Source: Octopus bimaculoides
Taxonomy: Eukaryota
DNA: 64,000 nucleotides
Reading direction: 5' to 3'
Assembly (NCBI RefSeq): GCF_001194135.2
Contig: NC_068987.1
Location: forward strand, 69,285,164-69,349,163
The notes beneath the pieces are model-generated. The model saw nothing but the letters and a program-made list of their open reading frames with translations. It was not told where the DNA came from and did not search any database. Positions 53,225-64,000 of this stretch are shown here, piece after piece (position 1 is the stretch's first letter; every line of letters begins with the position of its first letter). A program made the translations under genes and the position numbers.

Positions 53225-53310
53225 GTTGAAGGCATGGTGTATGATTTGAAGGAAACTTGGCTATTATCTTTAACATATCGAACGACTCACGTAGAGGCTC
53301 TTACGCAAGG
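53225..53310 (+). mobile_element. Family D fragment
   Basis: GATTTGAAGGAAACTTGGCTATTATCTTTAAC...CACGTAGAGGCTC. Confidence 0.55.
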
Positions 53311-56300
53311 TTCCTTGGAATCACATTTACGCATTCCTTGTTTACTTTCTTCTTTACTTCTTTTCACTTCTACTAATGTTGCCTAGTTCTTTCTACCTAC
53401 GTTATTTCATATCAATAGCCTCCCTATTTCTAACAACCTTTCGTCCGTCACTCCTTTATCAACTCTTTCGCTCTTTCTCCTAAATATTTCATTATCCTGA
53501 TTATATACGTTCTTCTCATTCTAGTTCATTTCTGGCTTTCTAGCTTTTTACCATATAAAGCTATCTTTACATTTCATCCGCTTTCTCAGTTTCTCACTTT
53601 ATTTATTGTTTTTTTTTCTTCTCCATATCACCTATCTTTCATTTCTCTCACTGACTTTCATTCTCACTTAGTTGCTCCCTTTTTACATCTATTAGCCTTT
53701 CTTTACACTAATTTTCTGCCTTTTTCTTTTCTTTTTCATGTTATTCTTATTCTCATCTCCCCACATACACTTTCTTTTTCCTTTAGTGTTTCACACAAAC
53801 GTTCAGCTTATCTCATAGAGAAAAATATCTTAATTCAATATCCCTTACATCTCCCTTGATCCCTCTCACATTTTCCTTTTCACTTTCTTCCTTACACACA
53901 TTCTCTCCTCATCCCCGTCTCTTGCACTCTCTCTCTCTCTCTAAAACTCTGACATTCTTCTACACTACTTTCTCTATGCTATCGTCCCACCCATTAGTTG
54001 GATGTACTCCTTAGTTCTGCGTTAATTTCGATCCATATTTCACGCCCCAAAATGTTTACGCAATAATCAATTAATACTACACCCTTTTTTGTTTCCTCAT
54101 CCAATATTTCCAACATCGCATCGATTACCGTTTCCTAGCCCATCCACTCAACACATCTTTGCACGTACAAACATCCAATGCGCGCGCGCGAGAGTACACA
54201 CACACACGTATTAATACATACATGCGGAGAATGAATGAAAGAAAGAGACAGACAGACAGAGAGTGAGAGAGAAAGAGAGAGTGAGAGAGCATATACACAC
54301 CTAGTTGTGTGCATGTCCACATAGCACACCTCACTTCACACTCATGCCAATTATATATTCTACACCGACTGCTACCACAATGCCAATAGCCGCACCTTAA
54401 CACCACTAACAGGGCTAAGCCACCACCTCGACATTCTTACCACCATCACATTGCTACCTACACTGCCAGTTCACCAACTCTACCACCAACATCACCATTT
54501 CCACCACCATTGCAATAGAAACATTTTCAGTACTGTAAGGATGGCCAAGCACCAAGATCATCATCGCTAAATAATCTCATAGCACTCTCACTTATATAAC
54601 CATCGCTACAGGATTTTCAGAAAATCCCCTATCATTCTTACCATAAAATATATGTGTTATCGCTTAGTCTGTGTTGGAATAACCTTTTTTCATAGTTTCT
54701 GAGACATGTAGGAGATAAAGAAGTTAAGCTAAGACTAAATACCAGGCCCCGCATACTTGCAACAGGATGGATTAAAATACAAAGGCATTCACTGCTCATG
54801 TGCTGGCGTTAAAATTGAATTAGTGATAGGCAATCTTCGGCCCACGTAACATTCTGAGTTCTCACCTAATGGAAAATTACCTTGAAATTTTTAGTAAAGC
54901 GCTCACTTTATGATGAACCATATCTCATTCTGCCCGCTTCTCGGTAAAGTTTGTCGATGCCGGAATAAGTCTACTAGCTAGATTTTAGCCTCGCCATAAA
55001 CAAACCAAAGCAATTTCCACTATGATCACTACATCCACAATTTTTCAGGTGCTACAACAGCACAACACCATACTACTATAATAACATTTCAGAATTACAG
55101 CAGAAACCATAACATGATAAAATTAATAGTTAGAGCTCATGATCATATATNNNNNNNNNNNNNNNNNNNNNNNNNNNNNNNNNNNNNNNNNNNNNNNNNN
55201 NNNNNNNNNNNNNNNNNNNNNNNNNNNNNNNNNNNNNNNNNNNNNNNNNNNNNNNNNNNNNNNNNNNNNNNNNNNNNNNNNNNNNNNNNNNNNNNNNNNN
55301 NNNNNNNNNNNNNNNNNNNNNNNNNNNNNNNNNNNNNNNNNNNNNNNNNNNNNNNNNNNNNNNNNNNNNNNNNNNNNNNNNNNNNNNNNNNNNNNNNNNN
55401 NNNNNNNNNNNNNNNNNNNNNNNNNNNNNNNNNNNNNNNNNNNNNNNNNNNNNNNNNNNNNNNNNNNNNNNNNNNNNNNNNNNNNNNNNNNNNNNNNNNN
55501 NNNNNNNNNNNNNNNNNNNNNNNNNNNNNNNNNNNNNNNNNNNNNNNNNNNNNNNNNNNNNNNNNNNNNNNNNNNNNNNNNNNNNNNNNNNNNNNNNNNN
55601 NNNNNNNNNNNNNNNNNNNNNNNNNNNNNNNNNNNNNNNNNNNNNNNGTTTGATATGTTATGTTGCCTATGAAGCTTTTAAAAATCTGCCTTCATGTTTT
55701 TTTTTTCTCATTCATTGACAAATCAGAAGTTTGCGCCATTCACTTTAGGGATCGATCAGCCATCTTACATCATTTACATATGGAAATTAAAACTCATTCC
55801 TCAGCTGAAACTGCCTTACATATTGACTGTTAATATGATACACTGGTCTTGTACATAATATAAAAATTAAATAAGTTTTTGAAAATCGTACGAGATATTT
55901 TTTTCACTCTCTTGCTCTCTTTCATTCTCACTCTTACACACTACGATCATTTTTTTTTTGCTTCTTTGTCTTTTTTTATGTCAATGCGTCTTTCACGCTG
56001 TCTTCTCTCTTGGTCTATCTACAATCCGCTTTTTTGGTCCTCTTTCTTCGACTTTCTCCTCTCAAATTTTTTCATGAATACGTGTAATTGTTAGTGCATT
56101 TACGCTGTTATGTATATAGTTTAGATATCCAATTCTTCCTCAACGTTTATATATGTATCTGCATATGTCTGCATGTATATATGTACATATGCATAAATAT
56201 CACACACAAATATATATGCGAGTGTGTGAGTATGTATGAGTATGTACGTGTATGAGCGTGTAAGGGAGCACATGTTTGCGAGTGTCTATGCGTAAATGAG

Positions 56301-56514
56301 AATTTATATATATATATATTCACCTCTTTGTGCATGTTCATTTATTAAAATATGCATAGATAACTACATAGATAAACACATTTAAATATGTGCGTTTATA
56401 CGTACATAGAAATATATCTGTATATTCACGTATTACTATTCATACACTCAAAACACACACATATATACATAATTGTGTATGCATATGTAAAATTCTGCGT
56501 GTATGTATGTATGC

Positions 56515-56583
<69 letters not shown>

Positions 56584-57062
56584 ATAAATGATGTGAATAA
56601 AAGGAAAATACATGAAGAAAGAATGAAAAATAGATAGGAAGGTGATGTAAGAGAACTGAGTGGAGATTAGGTATAGCAATTCTGGTCGAACTCTATGCAT
56701 ATTCAAATATGATAAATATGAGAATATCTCTCTGATTGTACTGGCTTATCTTGCTTTCTCAATCCCAATACCGTTCACACTCCCGTTTGCTATATTCATT
56801 CATATTGGGACAATGTTATTGAAATGCACAAAACTCTATATCTGTGTGCCTGTTTGTCATTTCAACACTGTTTGTATAGTAGCTTGCCTGCATTGAGAGA
56901 CATTGAAGCATGTCGTAGGAGACAGATTGGGATATTACTATATTCATTATGTCATGGCTTATGTCATGTAATACGTGTGTTATGACGATAGTTCGTTACG
57001 AAATTAAACAGCTATGGTGGGACTGTAATGGTTGGTTAGTATAATTTATGGCGTATTTAATG

Positions 57063-57260
57063 TTTCTAAAATTGGAAATTGACCATACATTTTCGGAAGG
57101 GGCAAGTCGATTAAATCGATCTCAGTTCTTGACTGGAACAGTATCTTGTCGACTCATGAGGGATGAAAGCAAAAGCAGGCCTCAGCATCATTTGAAATCT
57201 GAATACAAATTATCGAAACAAACAGTGCAAGACGCTCTCACAACTCTAAGAATTTTTCAC
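57063..57260 (-). mobile_element. SINE family B, degraded
   Basis: GGGGCAAGTCGATTAAATCGATCTCAGTTCTTGACTGG...GGGATGAAAGCAAAAG. Confidence 0.65.
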
Positions 57261-58279
57261 CTTTGTGCATGTCATACTTATTTCTAATTTAGTCACAAAG
57301 CTAGTAGCGATTGAAGACACTGGGTTAGTCGATACCATTGGGTACAGTACTTGATTTGTTTATCAGCAGTAGCGCGATTTGAACTCCGGCTGCAAAAAGC
57401 AGGAACTAAATACCATGATATAAATTTTTCTGGTACTCTACAATTCAGCCACTTCACCAAACGTAATCATGTGTTAATTAGGAAAATTATACATTTTAGA
57501 TTAGAACATGCAGCAGAAATTTGAATTGTAGATTATAAAAGCTTCTAATGGTGATAGGGGTCAGTATACTTCGAAATGATTGCAACAATTAGTGTTGGTT
57601 TGTCCCAGGAAGACCTGTATCAAATGATGTCTTACTGTGATACTCTGTATTTCTTGAAAGTGTATCTAAAGACCACTTTATCCAACCGGCATTTTAGTTT
57701 TAAAACCGTAGACTATGATTTGAGAGCGAGTTGGTAGCCAGGTTTAGAATGCCGAACGACCAACGTTAGTTTATTATTGCAGTGTCAGTACAGATACTGT
57801 ACTGGTACAATGAAACCATAACATTTTTGCTGAACATGTGTAGGATGGTAACTACTGGACATGATTTTATCTACTTTATGAATAGAAATGTTGTCCCATC
57901 ACGATTGCAAATTTTATTTACTTAGAAACATTTTAGTGTTTGTTGCTGAAATAATATACTAGGGGAAGTCATTGTCCAGTAAGGACTATAATGAGAGTGT
58001 TGCATTAGGACAAAGTTTGGTACTTCAAGAACGTACATTCTGTTGACAGCATTACTAATGCATTAAGACTGTGAGTTTATATTATTATAATTATTATGTT
58101 ACTGATTTGTGAATTATAACAAACAATAATGTAGAGGGTAGATAATTAGATATTTAAAGAGTGGCGATTAGGGCACTTAAGATTAATGTGTTGAGGCTGT
58201 ACTAATATTCTACTTAGATAGTAACTTAAACGTTGGCACAGTGGTTGGCATATGTGTAAAGGCAATATTTTTCGAAAGC

Positions 58280-58430
58280 GATTGATTGAACAAAAACTTG
58301 TCCATAAAAAGAGAGAACAATAATTAGGACATATTGTTCGCAAAGAAACTGGAATATTGCGATATCGTCTGACATCATATGGAGAAGGTAGACAATTGGT
58401 TGATTGAAAAAGGAGTAGCGACCAGAAAGT
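58280..58430 (+). pseudogene. Possible RTE-type LINE C-terminal remnant
   Basis: KKREQ*LGHIVRKE...GEGRQ resembles the RTE KRQLxFLGHxxRKE...RGRQ motif. Confidence 0.35.
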
Positions 58431-58489
58431 AAGTAGTTTAATGACAAAAACCGTGATCAATATTGGTTAATGTTGGAGAAGAGTTTTTA

Positions 58490-58648
58490 AGGTAGCGAGC
58501 CGGCAGAATTGTTAGCATGCCAGGAAAAATTATTCGCGGCTTTTCGCCCATCTTTACGGTCTGAGTTCAAATTCCTCTGAGACCGACGTTGCGTTTTATC
58601 CTTTCGGGGTCGATATAATAAACATCAGCTGAGCACTGGGGTCAATGT
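58490..58648 (+). mobile_element. SINE family B, 5' part
   Basis: GGTAGCGAGCCGGCAGAATTGTTAGC...GAGTTCAAATTCC...TCCTTTCGGGGTCGAT...CACTGGGGTC. Confidence 0.85.
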
Positions 58649-60041
58649 ATATATATATATATATATGCCTTATGTGTGTGTATCGTGTGATATATTACAA
58701 TAACTAAATGAAACCATTTCTAATACCGATGGAATATCTAACATATCAGAATCATGTTTTGAATTAGATTAAAATAGTTATGTTTGATGAATTAGAAACT
58801 ATATTATGTGTTTATATTTTAATTCGTGCATGAAAATTTGATTGGTTAGAAACGACTATTCTAATTAATTATTTTTTTCTGTGTAAGTTTCAATATTTCA
58901 CATTTAGTGGTAATAAGTATTATTCCATCGTTTCTGACATACCGTAACGATCTATTGTGTCACCGAATTCACTTTCCTTTTCTTTTTATTGTCACTGATC
59001 TCCTCTATCACTGATCCCACAATTCTTCTGATTTATTTAAATCCAATGTCCACTTTAGTGCTAAAATGACATCTTTCTGACCAGACTTCAATTTGTTCAC
59101 TCAATTGATTTTACAATAATACTACTTTAATTAGATACTACATTGATACGAGTTATACTTTAGTTTGGGTGTCTTTCAGCAGATAATTTGATTATTTAAC
59201 CTTTTCGAAATAATGAATATACAAACCCCGGTTTCACTCATCTTACTATAGTATGCTATTATTTCCAACTTCTCACGTGAGCACGACGTTAATAGTTAGA
59301 GATCATTTATCAGCTTCAGTGTTTGTTTGTTGTTCTTAATGCTGTGAATTCAGTAGGCCTGATCCAAATTAACTCGATTAATGTAACAGGTTTTGTAATA
59401 AACCCGTTAAATATACGAACAGCTGCTGAGAGAAGCAGGAAATATGATTAAAGGATCGCTCAAAGCCCCAACATATTTCAACATTTTCTTCACCAATGTT
59501 CTGATACTTTAATTCTCATTCTACTATTCTAATTTACGTCACACTATCTATTGGTTAGTTACTTCTAGATTACCAACAACAACGTTCAGGACTTCCATAT
59601 ACTCATGCAAAGCATATTATACAACTGCCAAATAGAGAGTATGTTCCATAAGGAACCAATACAAGTAAATAAATCTCGGTCAGTTTCAATTATGACTATT
59701 GCAGTCGTTTGGCCAATTGCAGAGCTTATTCAATGAATTATAGTGTCAGTGAGTAAATATTCCACAGACACTAGTAACTTTAAATGAATTCACAGATAAA
59801 ATTTAGCGTGACACAATGGTTATTAAGGCTTACGTTTTAAATTACAAATGCTATTACATCCGATGGGATTCTGTAACTTCTGATTACGCACATGTACTCA
59901 CATAGCTGGAGTCGATCTGATGCTAGAGTGAAATACAATCGTCCAAGGCGTAATGTAGTAAAATCGAACACAGGACCTGATTGCTACAGCGTGAATTTAT
60001 TAAACACTCAGCCATGTTATCAAGCACCAACATACATACAG

Positions 60042-60256
60042 GTACACGCAAGGCTGTGTGATAAGAAATTTGCTTCCCAGCCACATGGTTCCGGGTTCAA
60101 TTCTGTGTGGTACCTTGGGCAAGTGTCTTTCTTCTACTATATTACTATAGCCTTGGGCCGACCAAAGCCTAGTGAGTTGATTTGCTAGACGGAGACGGAT
60201 AGAAGACAGTCGTATGTATATATATATATCCATATATATAAATGTGTGTGTATGTG

Positions 60257-60333
<77 letters not shown>

Positions 60334-60510
60334 ACCAACACCATCACCGCTTGAAAACTGGTGTCGGTGAGTTTAAGTTCCCGTAACTTAGCGGTTAGGC
60401 AAAAGAGGCGACAGAATGAGAACTAGGCTGAAAAAGCAAAAACAAGGTAAGTCCAGGTGTACGAGCATGGCTGTAGTGAAATGACTGAATCAAGTAAAAG
60501 TATAAAGGAA
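60042..60510 (+). mobile_element. SINE family A, near full length, expanded internal (GT)n
   Basis: GGTTCCGGGTTCAATTC...ACCTTGGGCAAGTGTC...CGTAACTTAGCGGTT...AAATGACTGAATCAAGTAAAAG. Confidence 0.9.
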
Positions 60511-62449
60511 TACATACAAAGGACATAAATACATAATTCGTGCATACAAACATACATACATAGAAAAATAATACATACATACACACATACATACTATTAC
60601 TAGACTAGCGTAGTTCAGCGAAGACCTGGAACCTAAAAAGCAAAAGTAATATGCATGGATATGTCTCCTGCAAATTTGAGAATGATGAAGCCGAACAGGC
60701 TTTCTTGAAATCGCAATCGTTTTATCACACCAAATCATGAATACTATTCCCTTCCGATTGAAAACCAAGGGAAACCTGCAAAGTGCCTAACACCTAATGA
60801 ATAAAAGAGACAGCGCGGCTCATATGCCACCAAGATGACACCGAAATATCGATTAGGCATGATGTTATTTCAAAAGCAATATTCAATGCCATCAGTATGA
60901 AACGCTGCCCTGGGGTAAATACCTCTGCTGTTGAATATGTACAGACATATAAATAAAATGAAGAGCATTAGCACATTCACACATTATTTCTGTCAGCTGA
61001 CAATAGGCCTGGTATATCTATTTGGGGCAGAAAAGAATAATTGCCCTGCAAATGTGAAAATTTTATCTTACAAAATTAATGAAAAAAGACGATATTTACA
61101 AAAAAAAATTATGCACAGCTTACAACTGCTCTAATTGAAAATATACCTATAAATATTGGTACACTGTTTCTGATAGGAGATACCTAAATAATAGCAATTT
61201 CTGGAAACTGAGCTTTCAGGCAAATAAAATGACCAGCAATAATTTCACGCATTGAAAATTCAGACCATAAGCGGAACAGTAAAGAAAATCTTCTAAAGCT
61301 TTCTGAGGCTTCACCTGTAACTAGTGGATATTTTTCTTTGCATCAAAATGTAGCGTCCATTCATGACGCTACATTCCATTATTAAAATCTTACTAGCTCC
61401 TTCTTTGTAAAATAAAAAAAAAAAGGATTTAATTAAGAAAAGGAAGAATGCATAAATAAAGGCATAAATTTAGGAAACATGAATATTCTTAGACAAGTGG
61501 GTAAATGATGATACATGCATATACACAATCATACATGTACACATATAAGTGTATGTTACATATTACATAGATATATATATTCGTGTTTGAGTGTGTTTGT
61601 GTGTGTATGCTACTTGTGTTAGTATCCTATTATACCCATTCATTAAGTAAACAAATTCTTTGCTTCCCATTTTAGCTCTTCTAAACACCTTATGTTCCCA
61701 AACACGTCTGCTTCCATGATCAAACGCTGCGCTAAATCTGTAAGTCGTGAGGGGGTGCCAGTTTCCTTGACAACCGTATGTATGTATATGCAACCTCCCT
61801 ATCTATGTTGGACAGAGTAAAAGCTATTTTGTAAATAAATTCAAAATTACATAAATCAACAGGTAACATTTTAATAATTACGTAAGATGGAAACAAATTT
61901 AAACGAAAGAGAGGAGTAATTGGAATACAAAGAAAATAACGGAATAAAATAAATACAGAATTGTGTTACAGAAACTGGGGCACAAGTGATAGAGTAGAAG
62001 GGAATGAGAGGTGGAATTACTAAACATAGCAAGAGAAAGAAGGTAAAAAATATTGAACGATAATTTCAAGAAGAAATGATGTAAAAATAGATGTTAAGTG
62101 TAATATAAGAAGGAGGGAGTTGAGCAAATTCTTCGGGAAACAAAAATTATTGAATAAAGGAATAAAATATCAATATGAAAGTAGGAAGTTAAGTGTTAAG
62201 GGAAGACTGAAGCATAGCTTTGATAAGTGAATAATATAGGTGAGAACGAAAATAAGGGAAAAGATAAATACATTTTGTATATGTCTATATATGCATATAC
62301 GCAAGTATATATATATANNNNNNNNNNATATATACATACATATAACCCTTGCATACACACCTGCACGCATACACGGTACTCCTGCATGATACACACACAC
62401 ATATGAACACACATACGCACGTAAACACGCGCGCGCGCGCATATACATT

Positions 62450-62785
62450 TATTCTCTTACTCTTTTACTTGTTTCAGTCATTTGACTGTGGCCATGCTGG
62501 AGCACCGCCTTAAGTCGAGCAAATCGACCCCAGGACTTATTCTTTGGAAGCCTAGTATTTATTCTATCGATCTCTTTGCCGAACCGCTACTTTACGGGGA
62601 CGTAAACACACCAGCATCGGTTGTCAAGCGATGGTGGTGGGACACGCACAGACGCACAGATACATACGCACACGCACCATACATATACATAGCAGAATAT
62701 ACCCAAGCTACCACGCAGTGAGAGTGCACCCGGAAGTATGTGGCTGGGAAGCAAGCTTCTCACCCTACAGCCAGGCCTAAGACCA
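62450..62785 (-). mobile_element. SINE family A with internal deletion
   Basis: The tail is nearly identical to 36791-36990. The GTCTACCAAATC/GGTCGGCC block is absent before CCACGCAGTG. Confidence 0.9.
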
Positions 62786-62790
62786 TGTAC

Positions 62791-62842
<52 letters not shown>

Positions 62843-64000
62843 NNNNNNNNNNNNNNNNNNNNNNNNNNNNNNNNNNNNNNNNNNNNNNNNNNNNNNNNNN
62901 NNNNNNNNNNNNNNNNNNNNNNNNNNNNNNNNNNNNNNNNNNNNNNNNNNNNNNNNNNNNNNNNNNNNNNNNNNNNNNNNNNNNNNNNNNNNNNNNNNNN
63001 NNNNNNNNNNNNNNNNNNNNNNNNNNNNNNNNNNNNNNNNNNNNNNNNNNNNNNNNNNNNNNNNNNNNNNNNNNNNNNNNNNNNNNNNNNNNNNNNNNNN
63101 NNNNNNNNNNNNNNNNNNNNNNNNNNNNNNNNNNNNNNNNNNNNNNNNNNNNNNNNNNNNNNNNNNNNNNNNNNNNNNNNNNNNNNNNNNNNNNNNNNNN
63201 NNNNNNNNNNNNNNNNNNNNNNNNNNNNNNNNNNNNNNNNNNNNNNNNNNNNNNNNNNNNNNNNNNNNNNNNNNNNNNNNNNNNNNNNNNNNNNNNNNNN
63301 NNNNNNNNNNNNNNNNNNNNNNNNNNNNNNNNNNNNNNNNNNNNNNNNNNNNNNNNNNNNNNNNNNNNNNNNNNNNNNNNNNNNNNNNNNNNNNNNNNNN
63401 NNNNNNNNNNNNNNNNNNNNNNNNNNNNNNNNNNNNNNNNNNNNNNNNNNNNNNNNNNNNNNNNNNNNNNNNNNNNNNNNNNNNNNNNNNNNNNNNNNNN
63501 NNNNNNNNNNNNNNNNNNNNNNNNNNNNNNNNNNNNNNNNNNNNNNNNNNNNNNNNNNNNNNNNNNNNNNNNNNNNNNNTATATATATATAATGTATACG
63601 TATCATATATATATATATATATATATATATTTCTGTATATATGTATATGAATGTATATATATGTTCTTTATATATGCAAACGTATACACACACACACACA
63701 CACACACACACGCACGCACACACTTTTTCATGCCTACCCACGTATTTATATATATACACGTAACACTTATTCTCGAGCACAAATGTTGAAAAAAAAAAAT
63801 TACGCCCTTACGTGGAAAGAAGCTCATAAGAACACACAAAAACATATAAATACTCATACATACAAACACTAGCTCCAATATAAATTCACATACATTGCTG
63901 TATTCACACACATATGCATTCAGAAGCATATTGTATTTTTTTAAAAGATATCTTATTTGTTTTATTTTTTACTTGATTTCATCACAATTTCGAACCAATT

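Noticed and set aside
54611-54627. 17-bp palindrome GGATTTTC-A-GAAAATCC
   Set aside because: Single and short, with no supporting context.

Overview
Repeat-rich animal genomic DNA, most likely octopus. This is inferred from the SINE families, the very high microsatellite load and about 16 N-gaps that mostly abut simple repeats, as in a short-read assembly. I found no intact protein-coding gene, rRNA, tRNA or CRISPR array; nearly all ORF-track entries are microsatellite, gap or SINE artefacts. Supported content: one internally deleted mariner with TIRs and TA TSD (17979-18879), two hAT-Charlie-type MITEs, degraded CR1 and RTE LINE fragments, about 20 copies of three tRNA-type SINE families, and one unclassified dispersed repeat. 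The window looks like a gene desert or giant intron containing short, CpG-rich unique islands. The most striking unexplained structure is an 84-bp inverted repeat (6702-6785 / 7841-7924). Its four internal mismatches are all G.U pairs on a + strand transcript, or all A.C on a - strand transcript, so it is a candidate long-range RNA duplex or ADAR substrate. Other leads are a POU + PBX/MEIS composite site (27520-27537), Hox-motif islands, a CCAAT/TATA promoter-like island overlapping a defective hammerhead-like core, and a SINE carrying an inverted copy of its own tail.
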